Origin: Lytechinus pictus
Taxonomy: Eukaryota
DNA length: 64,000 nucleotides
NCBI RefSeq assembly: GCF_037042905.1
Contig: NC_087252.1
Coordinates: 13,022,001 to 13,086,000 of the forward strand
Direction: 5' to 3'
Shown: piece after piece, positions 1 to 12,498 of the stretch
How the letters are laid out: every line of letters starts with the position of its first letter
How positions within the stretch are numbered: the stretch's first letter is position 1
Made by a program: the position numbers and the translations under genes
Notes under the pieces: model-generated
What the model was told of the DNA's origin: nothing
Seen by the model: only the letters and a program-made list of their open reading frames with translations
Databases searched by the model: none

Positions 1-489
1 TAATAACTGATAAGTGTGTAACTTACATTTTATTGATTGTGAAATATTACATATATATTTGTAAATTTAGAGGTGATACTCCAAATGTTGAATTCTTTAA
101 GAATTTTATCAAATCTCAAAGGGAAACTGAATACTATATGGCCAAAAAAAGAAACAAGCTCGCTTTACATTTTAAAAAATTGAGATTTGAGCTTTGAAGA
201 AGTTCACTTGTAAAATACGTTGCTTTTTTGTTATACCCCGCAAGTACAGGTTAATATTTTGCCACGGCTCATTACCTGATATAATGGTTGTACGTATGTG
301 TTCAGACTCTAATTGTTTTAGTTTGTTCTGGATTATGTTACTTGTCACTTTTTTCTTCTTTTTTCTTTATCAATGTTGTTGTTTTATTTTTGTTTGTTTG
401 TTTACGATCATGTCTAATTATGTAAATATTGTGATTTCCTGTAATTGATTATTTATGAAAACAATAAAAACATAATAAAATAAAAATTT

Positions 490-558
<69 letters not shown>

Positions 559-1526
559 TAAATATGTTTATACATCTACATACACCTACATACATGCCAT
601 TCAAAACAAACGAATTACACATCATTTCAAATTTCGAAAATGAAATTGGTTGCTGAAGCAATTCATCGGTCATTGTTGATTAAATTGGATGCACAATTCC
701 TGAATTTCAATGCCTAACAATTTTAATTCAAAGGTATATTCGCTAACTTGTAATACCACTAACGAACCACTTTGTCCTGGAACAAAAACGAAAGCACGTG
801 ACAAATATTGAAATGAAAAATATTGAAATGAAAAATTATAAAAATTTGAATGACCGATATATCCGGGAAAACGATAACGCATGAATTTAAATCCACATAA
901 ATAAAGTGACTCTTATATGAAATTGCACGGAAAAACTTATAATACAGGACAGATGTGGAAAAAATCTTAAAAGGCACCAACAAGTTTGAAGCACAAGCGT
1001 TTCCAGAAGTAGTCGAGGAGGACAAACAATATAAAACATGTGTGTCAAACCATAATTAATCATTGTTTTTTTATGGTCTGATGCACAGATTTCCCATTGT
1101 TATGCCCTCTATGTGATGTCACCTGAACTATTCTCAATAGGGGCATTGATGCAAGTCAACAGGGCATCCACAACAATGTCCCTTCGTGGTCTGAGATCAC
1201 AATAATTTAAATTTTTATATATATATTTGAATGGTATATGGATTTAACAGGACTTATAACTAGAAATCCTATCAAAGGCTCCGGGGAATAATAGATCTTA
1301 ATCCCCTGAATTTAGCGAAACGATCCAAGCGGTCACTGACTTGGAGTTCCAAGAAAAAACCGTTACAAATCCATCGATCTTTACAATTCAACGCATACAG
1401 ATGCGTACTCCATTTCAAATCGTTCAGTATGCAAACGCCCATTAAATTTATGTGTATTGGACTTCAGAAAGTCTCTGTCCTTCGAGTCAACAGTGGGATG
1501 GGCGGATTTGTTCTCATATATATATA

Positions 1527-2370
1527 GGGGAAGGCGGGGTAAGTTGAGCCACCAACCCCAGGCTAATAATGAATGAGTCAGACATTGTGGTGGTGTCATT
1601 TATTGATGACCCATTGCATAACCCTCAACCCAACCACATTGTTTTCAACTTTGAAACAAAAAGTACTTTTTTAGAGGGAAAAATACAAATTTCAGCCAAA
1701 AAAGTAAAAAACGGTGTGAAATAGATAAGTGCTTTTTACCCACACACATCTTTAAATATAATATAGAAATAAGAACAATATTGTTAGTCCAGGTATGGAT
1801 TCTCACTTTTGTCATAGTCTTTTACATGATGGATGCATCAGAAATGTGTGGATGGGAAAATATCGCAAAAAGTTCGGACGGGGCTAATTTAAGCCAACCA
1901 ACATGGGGCAAGTTGAGCCATGGTAACTCTTATGGTAATGTATAATAGAAAAATTAAAAAACATAAAAAGCCATTGATATGCAGGCAGAAAGGAGCAAAT
2001 TCACATGACAGTTCTTTTACGTTTAGAAGATATTAGTATTTATAGATAATTAGCAAGTGAAAAGACTTTAAATGAAAAATTGACATCCTGGTTCTCCCGC
2101 ATACATTTTGTACATAGTTTTTGTGGCTCATCTTACCCCAGACGGTGGCACAACTTACCCCACAGATGGGGCAAGTTGAGCCATTTGACATCAGTTTTTT
2201 CAAAGGTCACAACGATTTTCAGAGTGGGGGTAGAAAGTTATATATATAGGTGAAAAATATTTCCCAAGAATCAAATTTAAAGGCAAGGTACTTATTTCTA
2301 CAATATTACTAGTCATATCAATTCTAACATGCAAAATGCAAAAAGTGTCACAACTTACCCCGCCTTCCCC
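1527..2370. mobile_element. Non-autonomous TIR DNA element (MITE-like), TA target
   Basis: Perfect 20-bp TIRs GGGGAAGGCGGGGTAAGTTG (1527-1546) and CAACTTACCCCGCCTTCCCC (2351-2370). Both ends are flanked by TA within (TA)n. Internal copies of the terminal motif (ATGGGGCAAGTTGAGCCAT at ~1903 and ~2167; inverted at ~2123 and ~2147). No ORF. Confidence 0.85.
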
Positions 2371-2472
2371 TACATGTATATATATATATATGTATATAAA
2401 TGAAAATGAAGGTCCTGCGTCGGTTGTGGAAGTATAAAGCAAACTACAATGTGAATGAAACAACCGTAGATA

Positions 2473-2512
2473 GAAAAATTGATCAAATTTTCGCCCATAG
2501 GGCTTCATCAGG
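2473..2512 (-). ncRNA. Minimal hammerhead-ribozyme-like motif in the Penelope 3' end
   Basis: Minus strand reads CUGAUGA-A-GCCC-UAU-GGGC-GAAA followed by near-palindromic AUUUGAUCAAUUU. Core boxes and stem II are intact; stem I and a canonical NUH site are not evident. Confidence 0.6.
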
Positions 2513-2963
2513 AAATGATGAATTTATTAGTCAACAACACCAAGAAACGCAGTGCGCAAAAACGCAAAGCGTAAAAAACAACGCGCTAAGAGGTAAGACG
2601 CGAAGCGCAACAGTACAAAAGAAAAGAGAGAGAGAAAGAGAAAAAAAAAAAAAGGGGGAAGGGGAAAAAAAAGAAGAAGAAGAAAGCCGGGGAGACAAAA
2701 GGAAGAGAGAAAACGGAATAGGAAAATGACTAGAAGAAAAAAGAGAGAGGTAGAGAAAGGGCAAAAATAGAGGACAGCTGAGGAGAAAGAAGTTAGAGAA
2801 GAAAGAAAAAAAAAGGAATAGAAAAAAGGGAAAAGAAAGAGAAATAGAAGAAAAAGAATAGAAAAAAAGGGAAAAGAAAGAGAAAAAGAAAGTAAAAGAG
2901 GGAAGGACAGCAGAAAGAAAGGAAGAAAACAAGAAAGGGAAGCAAGAGAGGGGGGGGAAGAAA

Positions 2964-3525
2964 TCAAACCATGGGAAAAGAATGGAAAGACACATTCATT
3001 CCACCAGGTTGGAGAGAGCCGAGAGAGTGGATGAGGCGTTCCTCCTTCTCTTTCCTTATCCCATCTGAACGAAAACCAGTCAGAAGAACGCACACCTTGA
3101 AGTACCCGATGTTATGGTTCGGTTGGGTAAAATGATGGGCTACCGGCAACCCTGCTGACTTGATCCTTATGGAGCGAAGGTGTTCGGTCACTCTGTCAGC
3201 TAGCCTCCTCTTCGTTTCTCCGATGTAGATCTCCTTGCACTTGGAGCAGTAGATGCAATATATGCAATCCTTGGTGACACATGTGAAAGAGCCGTGGATA
3301 TGCCAAGTACCCTTTGGTCCGGATATCTCTGTCACTGATGAAATGACCCCACACGTGTTGCAGCGGGGTCTACTGCAAGGTTTGCTTCCGACACCACATT
3401 TAGCATTGATTGGAGTGAGCTCGGATTTCACGAGGAGCTGGCGTAGGTTCTTGTCCTTCCGGAACGAAGTCAGAGGGGGTTCGGAGACAATTTCCGTAGT
3501 GGCAGGATGCTCGGTTAAGATGTGA
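2964..3525 (-). pseudogene. Penelope-type GIY-YIG endonuclease domain (RT part missing)
   Basis: Open frame with LRQLLVKS..CSRPRCNTC..FTC.TKDCIYCIYCSKCKEIYIGETKRRLADRVTEH..PVAHHF..H..R.EKE..I..L.SLQPGGMN, the typical PLE Zn-knuckle plus GIY-YIG signature. The N-terminal IYIY in the ORF track is the (TA)n microsatellite. Confidence 0.9.
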
Positions 3526-3538
3526 AAGTTAAGATGTA

Positions 3539-3606
<68 letters not shown>

Positions 3607-3610
<4 letters not shown>

Positions 3611-5668
3611 ACAACAAAAGTAAGTCCCCCCTAAATCAAATTGCTGTAACTTTTGAACGGAATTATTTTGAGATATGATATTCCGTAGGTGGTTTTCTAC
3701 ACTCATTAAGCAACTCCTGGGGAAAAATAAGATTGATCAGTTGAGTCATGCATGAGTAATTAAAGATTGAATTAAAAATGACCATTTTTGAAAGTCACAA
3801 GAGTCGTTTTTCAGATTGTGCAAATACAAAGTTGGGCAAATGTTGTCTTCAGGTGAATTTTATGGTATTATGCTGTTTTACTATCCATCATTTAGCCACT
3901 CCACACACAATTTTGATATCAATGTTCATGGTTGAGTGAGCACAATGTATTGCAGGGGCCGCGGAAGCGGGGGGGGCTGGGCGGGGAGCTTTATTCCCCC
4001 CCCCCCCACTTTTTTCCAAAAGCATGTAAAAAATATAAAAATAACCATACGATTGTGATTTTTGCATGGTCAGCCCCCCCCCCCCCACCCACTTTGAAAA
4101 CCCTTCCCCGGCCCCTGTATTGTGACGTATCATCATAGGGGTTTATGGTAGTATCCTCTCCAACTTGTTAGATCATGTTAGAATTTGAAAATGTTGGTGG
4201 CTCCCCCGATTATAGGCCCCTCCCCCATTTCAAAATTCTGGACCCACCACTGATTTGTCCATAAATTAAACTGATCATGAGAAATTGTTAGGAAAAGAAT
4301 ACATTTATGCAGTATAAAGAGTATTCATTCCTAAGTTTTCGAATGTGCTCGCTCAACCATGAAAATTTTTAAAGTTCGGAAAGTGTGTGGTGATAGAAAT
4401 GATGGATGATAAAAACAATAGCAATTAAAGTCTTATTTGAAACCGAATTTGCCCCCAATATTCACTTTATTACCCTTTAAAATGAGTCTGTGACATTGAA
4501 AATACAAATTTTCCCCCTTTGATGCGTGCTCACTCATCCATAAATAAACAAATCGATTTCATTTTTGCACAGAATTCTGCCCATAGGTTGATAAACATTA
4601 CTGCCAAATGACAGTGCTAAAGACAGCCGTGAAAAAAAGTTCCACCATATTGAATAAGGGGTTACTTATTCTTAAACATGTGCACCCATAATATACACAA
4701 GTCTATGAGAGACGAAGTCAAAATTTTAACAAATATGAAATGAGGGTTTGTTTCATGGACGGTTTTTTGTTACTTCTGCCAATAGTTATTTCATGAAACT
4801 TCGTACATGGCTTCAGAGTAACACTATCCAAAAGGCGCGCACACCAAAATAACCATTCGATACTACACAGAGTGGGACCAAGGCCTTGAACTTTCTTCTC
4901 ATTTGCATAATTTTCGAATATTGTGTGCTCAATGATGCATTAAACATCGGGATTTTCATAAAAATCAAATCAAATGAACTATGCAAGGAGGTTTGTGACA
5001 GATATCCATAGTAACAAATTGCATTTTTTCCAATAACGTAAAAAAAGAGCTAATCGCATTCCACATGTTCATTCAAGCGTGGATATTTAATTAAACGCCT
5101 TTGAATCATTGAAGCATGTTAATTGGTCATGAACATAACGAAAAAGATGAGAAAAGATCATTTTCAGTTCCCAAAATGAACCAATACTTGCCTATTATAT
5201 TTGAAAATCGTATTTTTTGTTTTCAATAAAGATGAATATTGTTGAAGAAACTCTTCCAAAAATAACTGTCATCATATTCTATCATTTTTATTGATATAAA
5301 TGTGTAAAAAATCCAATTATAGCAAATTTGGACTTGTGTTTATTCAACCGTGAAATTTAGCCAAAAAAGTTGTATCGTCTTTTAGAGAGTACATTTTACA
5401 AGCCTTCTGACTATTTTTTATGATGAGAATGTGGAATTAGTTCCAATAAAATGGAATCAAAGTCACGATATTTGGCTTGTGACTTTTGAAAAGTGACATT
5501 TTTGCCTTCTGACGGTGCTCACTGAAGCATGAAGTGAAATACGTCCATAACGTTTACTCAGAGGGTAGCTTATAAAATTACCTACAGGCTCATGTAAAAA
5601 TATATTAAAAACTCGCATTGGTTCGGAAATTATTGATGTTTGTTTAAGGGGGGACTTTCTTTTTTTGT

Positions 5669-5672
<4 letters not shown>
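3607..5672. mobile_element. ~2-kb non-autonomous TIR DNA transposon in (TA)n
   Basis: Imperfect ~33-bp TIRs: left CACAACAACAAAAGTAAGTCCCCCCTAAATCAAA; reverse complement of right end CACAACAAAAAAAGAAAGTCCCCCCTTAAACAAA. TA flanks; no transposase ORF. Confidence 0.75.
3953..4117. mobile_element. Small MITE with 5-bp TSD nested in the 3607-5672 element
   Basis: Ends CAGGGGCCGCGGAAG / CTTCCCCGGCCCCTG. Direct repeat TATTG at 3948-3952 and 4118-4122. Confidence 0.8.
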
Positions 5673-5699
<27 letters not shown>

Positions 5700-5722
5700 T
5701 TACACAAGTAAATGCACAGCCA

Positions 5723-5758
<36 letters not shown>

Positions 5759-5797
5759 TATATGCGTGGCTGTGCATTTGCTTGTGTTAAATCTCAT

Positions 5798-6005
5798 GGG
5801 CCCGAATTCACAAAGGTGGTTTCGTTTGAAACCATGGTTTTTAGAAACCATGGTTTTTCAAAAACCATGGTTTCTAAAACTTGCTATTCACAAACGATGG
5901 TTTCTAAAACCCACGGTTTCAACAGTGGTCTCAAATGAAACCATGGTTTCAACAGTGGACTCAAATGAAACCATGGTTTAAACCGTGGGTTTTACCTCAA
6001 AACCA
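5798..6005. mobile_element. PIF/Harbinger-like terminus with subterminal palindromic repeats
   Basis: Starts GGGCCCGAATTCACAAAGGTGGTTTC, followed by about 8 exact or variant copies of the palindrome AAACCATGGTTT. Resembles the TIR of the MITE at 58873-59117. The matching other end was not found. Confidence 0.55.
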
Positions 6006-9000
6006 GGGATTTCCCCTTTTTTAGCGTGTACTGAGCATGCTCAGTTCATTGAAAGCTTACATTCAACAAATAGCACTGGTAATATGGTCTGATTCTTCAC
6101 TTACTACAACTTTTTTCGGTGAAATATAAAAAAAAAGTGTAATTTTATGCGCTTCTATATAGCTATCTCGCGATTCCCATGTAGCCGGCCCGCGTTTATT
6201 TAGCTGCTGTACCGATATTGGTACTTGACTCGGCCCCGGCTCAAGAACTGACTTAATTTTGTGATCATAATTCATTTTCTTCACTTTTGTCGCAGAAGAT
6301 AGACTTTCTTGTATTCCCTTAACTCAATTTCTTCATAGAGAGAGTAACATTCACTGTAGATGCACGATTGTTGAGGTTTGTCATCTTTTCTCTCTGATCG
6401 TGAGTAGCGAAAATCGAATGAACGATTCGGTGCTTTTCATCGCAATAATACTGCGTAGCTCGGCCCCCGTAGCTACCGGGGCGCTTCCGCCCCGAATATC
6501 CTCAACGGAAGTGGGCGTGTGAAGAGCCGAGCTGAGCTGAGTGAAGCTTAATTTGACATCGTAGGCTCTGCCCTTCTACATTTTTTAAAGAAATGATTTT
6601 GTTTATGTATATTTATTTTCAATGGTGTATAGCTTAGTTTTAAGTAATAATAGGCTTCAATTTATTTGACTTGTGGATGTTTGATTCAGGCTAAAATTAA
6701 ATCCCCACTCCTCAGCATGCGTACAGTAATAAATTCACCAGACTAAAACAATAGATGGAGTGACCGGGAATTACAGGCCACTGCCTTCTAATTCCCTATG
6801 ATGATGATGAAATGTAGTATTAATATTTAATAACGTACGCATGCCGAGGCTGCAGGGGGGGGGGGGCGTTTTCGCCCCGGCCCCCGAAATATGGTGTGGG
6901 CATGCCGGGCCGAAGGAAGCGATCAAGAAAATAAAAAAATAGGGGGCTTAGCATTTTTTTACAGAATTTAAAATAACATGGATAAATTGATCTAATTTTG
7001 CCCCTTTCAATTCCTTGTTTTCCCCTGATTTATTTTCTTTAACTTTTCTTGCAGCTTAATGAATAATATATTGCTTTTTTATATTATTTTTCCCCTGGTG
7101 TACAGCTTAGCCTTAGAATGAGTTCTATGCTTATTACGTGGCTGTTTGAGTATTAAGGGAAAATATACATGGGGCCGGCTTGGTACGCAGCAGTTGCCCC
7201 CCCCCCCCCCTGGAATTTTTAATAATTTAATTTTACTTAAAATTTTCATATCCACTGAAAGTGTGCATGAAAAAATTCAGTTTCACTTTCAAAAATGCAA
7301 ATTCGGTTAAGTATACAGTGTTTACTATGTAATTATTCAAATTTATATGGTAAATAATAAAACCCACTTTACTAAGGGATATTATATTTCAAAAGAAGTA
7401 TTTTGACTGTTGAATTCTATCTTGTGTATAGGCATTTTCCTGAGACAAATGGAGATAAGAAAAATTGAGATGTTGAGAGGGATGGAAATGTTGAGAGGAA
7501 AGAGATGATGATGGAGATAATGGGAGGGATGGAGGTGATGAGGGTGATTGAGACAGGGGTGGAGATGAGGGATGGAGGGGATCGGAGGATGGAGATGGTG
7601 AGGAGGAAGGGAGATGATCAGAGGATGGATGTCGATGAGAGGGATATATATAGATGTGCTGGAGATAAAAAGCGGATGGAGATGAAAGGGGGATGATCAT
7701 TACTATCGTCAACATCATTACCATCATCACTAACATCACCATTGCTATCATCTTATCGTCATCACCAACCTCATCATCATCACCAACCTCATCATCTACA
7801 CCAACCCATCATCACCACCAACATCATCATTACCATCACATGTATGACCACCACCATCATCACCACCACCACTCGTCACCACCAACTTCATCATCACACC
7901 ATCAGCAGCAACAACACCATTAAAATCCTCATCACCACCAAAGTCATCTTGATCATCTTCATGATTATTTCGTCCAAATCAGGAAAAGGGAATTAAGACT
8001 ACTCTTGTATCTTTTCTGTATATCTTTAATTTGCATGAAATCACCTGGTACCTTGGAAAATCACATCAGGAAATTACATAAAAATATAACACACTGAAAA
8101 TCTAATACTCGATTGGCATTTTATAACATATTGTAAAATTACAAATATTTGTGAAATAAATAAATACTTATTCCAGGTTTTGATATCTTGCCACATTCTT
8201 GTATTACAATACAATAATGGCCTATATGAATAATCATTAGTGTTCATTATTAGCTGGTGTTTTTCTGGTTGACCGAGTCAAGCTCTACTCGTTAGGCTGC
8301 CCGGTTTCCTCAACTAGGCCATCAGGTTATCCTTGGGGGGTCAATTGAAATTATATTTTTTCCAAGGAAATACATTAATTGCCCTTTTGTTTCATTCATG
8401 CCCCCTAAATGTGCATGTGCCAGGCCAAGCTAGTGTTTTCCCAGTTGCCCGAGTCGAGCTCTATTCATAAGGCTCAGATAGGCTGTTGCCCTGTGGACAC
8501 ATGAAAAGAATACATTTCAACAAAAAACAAGGTGAACCACGTGTCTCGCCTGATATCACGATCAATAAACTATGCAATATGATCTTTTGACCTTATCATC
8601 CTCTTGGACATACATGTACATGTGGTATTTAATACCCAATGGTTATCTGTGCAAAATGTAAACACAACTAATACAAAAACAAAGAAATTAGAGCAATTTA
8701 AATTGATGACCCTTGACCTCATCATCCTCATGGACACATATGCATATTTTGGAGCATGCAATAAACTAAGTTCTAAACATTTGAAAAATACAATTTGAAA
8801 TATGTGAGAATATTTTACATGAAAAAGTAAATGAGAAATTTACATTTGATGCTTCGTGATTAAATAGTGTTTTTTTTAACAAACTGTTTAAATTTAAAAA
8901 TCATTGAAGATACATGTAGTCTGTAAAAGAAACTAAATCTGATAAAAGTTAATTTCAAATACTTAAAAAAGAAATGGATTAGATAATTTCCTTTGTATTC

Positions 9001-9399
9001 ATGTGAAATTCTCAAAAATCATGTGCTATTTCAACCCTAAAACCGCGGGGGGGGGGTTGAATCAACCCCCCCCCCCCACCCTCGACATTTTACACGACCA
9101 TTCCACTGTGAGAAATTATACGACCGTGCCGCTCGCCAACATTTTATTTTGAAGTCTTGCACATCTTTTGAGACCAAATTTACGATGCCTGGTATGCACA
9201 TCAAGATATGAAATATATTATAAAACTTGAATTTTTACAGAATTCACAATTATAAGTCTTCATTGAATTGAGTTCAGGTTGCCACAATGGTTTTTTACAC
9301 AAATTTCAGGGAGAAATCAAAGCATACCGGTACACCTGTATTACACATTATGAGGCGAAAAAAAATCATATTTAATGATATATTTCAAAAGAAACGGTG

Positions 9400-9603
9400 A
9401 ATGGAGAACGTCACTTGGTCGCTCATTTGCATAATGACCAGGATGTGCACAGATGTTTTGTGAAAATAACTTATAAGCAAAACTTCAAAATGTCAGAACT
9501 TTCTCATTTTACATCAAATTTTAATGAAAGTTTCAGTGTTATGCTCATTGGACTTTTCTCTATTATATCAAAGAAACTCTTTGTTGGGGTGGACTTGCCC
9601 TTC
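9400..9603 (-). mobile_element. Terminal fragment of an interspersed DNA element (Kolobok-like end)
   Basis: Minus strand begins AAGGGCAAGTCCACCCCAACAAAG..CATAACACTGAAAC, resembling from memory an abundant echinoid repeat terminus. Classification tentative. Confidence 0.4.
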
Positions 9604-9719
9604 AAAAAAGTACAAAGCTTGTGTTCCTCCAGGAATTCTTATTATCTTATATAGACATGGGTCCCAAAACTCCCATCGATCACACCTATGACTATTGAAT
9701 TCCTGTAGTACTGGTACTC

Positions 9720-9982
9720 AAAATAATAATATAGGGTATTTATATTGCGCACATATCCACCTTATTAGGTGCTCAAGGCGCTCCTATATTACCCGGCTAA
9801 GCTAGGCGTTCACAGCTTCTTGAGGAATTACTTCCTACCGGTACCCATTTACCTCACCTAGGTTGAGTGCAGCACCGTGTGGATCAGTTTCTTGTTGAAG
9901 GAAATTACGCCATGGCTGTGATTCGAACCCACGACCCTCTGTTTCAAGGTCCGGGAGACTAATCCACTGGGCCACAACGCTC
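9720..9982 (-). mobile_element. tRNA-derived SINE inserted in the Harbinger transposase
   Basis: A-box TGGCCCAGTGG and B-box GGTTCGAATC, a conserved core (TGCTGCACTCAACC.AGGTG...AATGGGTACC) and an (ATT)n tail. Homologous to 27646-27930 and 58319-58602. Confidence 0.85.
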
Positions 9983-12498
9983 ATACAGTTGTTGTTGGGT
10001 AGCCTCAATCTCATCTCTGGTTGTTGAGGTTCTCACAAAACCTTTCTTCTTGCTATGGCTTGCGAAACATCTTTGATCACTCAACAGCTGATGTCTCATC
10101 ACCATGTATTCCCTGAAATTATCCTGTAAATGAAGATATATTGCCAGAAGTTGCACATTACTCTGTGATTTTATTTTTTCAGATGACAAAGAGAAAACAA
10201 GAAATAACTATTTCATTGTCTTTACATTTAAAGATTAAAAAAAAAATCATTTTTGATCCCATATGGAATCCTTTAAATATCATAGAACTCAGTTTAACAT
10301 TACTTTACTGGTCTAAAGGCTAAACTTTTCCCAACCCCATAAACAATTGTGTGACAAACATACATTGAGCAAATCAGATGCAATACTTTTTTTCAAATAA
10401 CCAAGATAATTATACAACCTAAATGTAGAGTATGGATTTTGGAAGAATCTGTCGACAATGGATGACAAAACTTCTAGTTTTAATTTACATTTCTGATTGT
10501 ATTTTCTATTTTTTTCAAAAATATAAAATAATAATCATAGGCTCAGTTCATTGTGAATTAAAAACAGGCAGTTGCCAAAACTTATTATCACTTTTTACAT
10601 TGAGTTCGATTTCTTTTTACAGCAACATCACTAATATTTGCATACACTAGGCTTGTCTTGAGATGTTTATGTCATAACTTTCTTATAAAAGAAATACTTA
10701 CAGCATACAAACGCAGAATTGTCGATATTTGCAGATACAAAGGTAGTCGATCACTAGGCCCTTTGTCCCTCCTCAGGCTCAGATCATCTTCAAGCATGTT
10801 GATAAGGTAGCGTGTGGTGCTTGAAAGCTTCATCCTCGTACAAGTCACAAAGGTTCCTCCTGTCAATGACTCCTAATTGCAGTTCTGGTTGGCATATTCC
10901 TAGTGAGTTTAGAATAGAGTAAGAAGCAAAAGAAAATATTTTAACAACATTGAATAAACAACAACTATGTATTTACTACCTTTACTGCATATTGTCGAAA
11001 TTTATTGGCCTACCTTTTGAGAAATCTGCATATTTGGTCAGTTGACTTATGAATTCCTTATTTTGCCAACCTAATCACATTGTCATTCTCATAGATTTAA
11101 ATTGATCAACTGGATCTACAAAAATTTTGACATTTAGGCATGTACTCTATTAGACAGGAATAACCGTCGTTTCTGGGGATTTCCTTAGCAATTTCTGACA
11201 TTTCACTATAATCCTTTACGCAGTTCAGCGGAATAACCAAGCGGAGACTGAAGCCTTTGGTCTATTACTCTATGACCATTGATCATGTGACACAGAATTA
11301 AGATTAGTTCAGTAACTGTCAGATGTGTACGTCAACCAAGTTTGAAATTGATCAAAATACATGCTTCTTTATCATGAAACCAATTTTATGATTAATTTTT
11401 TTAGATGGTGACAAAGAAAAAAAAAATAGACAATAGTCCACATAGAAAAAAAATAAACATACCTCTCTAACAATCCTCCTTCATTCTTCAGGACAGCCTG
11501 CACATGTTGTAAGATGTTTTCATCCATTCGAAAATTTACTGCGGAAATTAAAAAAAAGTACAGACCTGTAGATCTACATGAAATTACTTTTTTTTTTAAT
11601 ATAATGGACATAATTCAACATCTCTCAAATCTGCCAGATTAAATGATAGTATTTCCAACCAAAATGTAAATTCATAATATCATTTGCTAAAATAATTTAT
11701 TCAATGAATTGTTCTATAGAATGGCGCTTCATAACGTAGCTCATCGTATTGTAGCAACATCATATAAACTAACTGAGTCAAGATCAATCCTATGTATTAT
11801 GCAGGGTGAGCAAGGGATGGCAAGATTTTGTAATGGCCACTAGTCACTAGATCGGTCTGGTAAGAAACCTCTAATTTGTCATGTTTTCATTATTTAGGCC
11901 CTACATAATATTTGTTATTCCTTTTATATGCTTTAGTTTAGGTGGTAAAAAGGTATAAAATTTAAATTAATTCCATTCAGTGTATTCTAACCAATTTCGA
12001 AGGGGATTCCATCATTGACAATTTTACCAACTTCTTCGACACACACCGACACAGCCCTACGCAGGCCTGCCCTAGCCTAGGCCTAGCGCGTGCTCCGGCT
12101 CCATAATGATAAGACACTGTCAACTCAAAATTTTAAAAATATCATCACAGAGTCCTCGTCCTCGAGCCGAGGCTAGATCTAGTTCCAACATTTCTCCAGT
12201 TGGATCTGAATAAGTAAATTTTGAAGAAAAAAAATTGCGAAAACTATTATTATAGACAGGATCTACAAACAATTAACAATGACTAGATACAGTTTATAGG
12301 AAGTGTTTTCCCATTCACTAAATTTACCCAACAAGGCAATAACAACACAGCCTCACAGGCAACATGCCCATTATTAAGTGATGCTGTTTGTGCAGTTACT
12401 TTAATTTATACTAAAAAAATCATATCAAACTAAGGTATAAATAAAGAATAAAATTTTCTTGAATTTTGCACAATTGTGGTTGAAAGTCTGACTACTAC

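Larger units (their letters stand above)
2398..3536 (-). mobile_element. 5'-truncated Penelope-like retroelement
   Basis: On the minus strand: GIY-YIG endonuclease C-terminus, then a pyrimidine-rich 3' tract, AATAAA (2523-2528) and a hammerhead-like core. Bounded on both sides by (TA)n. Confidence 0.85.
7389..11527 (-). pseudogene. Decayed, intron-containing Harbinger/PIF transposase (HARBI1-like DDE nuclease)
   Basis: Pieces in the expected order on the minus strand: 11527-11463 MDENILQHVQ.. (GT donor); 10899-10702 DRRNLCDLYEDEAFK / RYLINMLEDDL..LPLYLQISTILRLYA (AG, GT); ~10127-9981 TG*FQGIHGD / VIKDVSQAIARRK / TTRDEIEATQQQLYE; a SINE; ~9712-9640 VIGVIDG(SFG)THVYIR (first catalytic Asp); acidic tail ~8040-7915; last exon 7439-7389 ending ..SKYFF*. 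Frameshifts and stops present; the central DDE part is not visible. Confidence 0.7.

Noticed and set aside
2400..3093. Lys/Glu-rich and Phe/Leu-rich ORFs
   Set aside because: These are translations of the purine/pyrimidine tract in the Penelope 3' region.
7505..7996. Poly-His and Met-rich ORFs
   Set aside because: Trinucleotide low-complexity sequence with no gene context.
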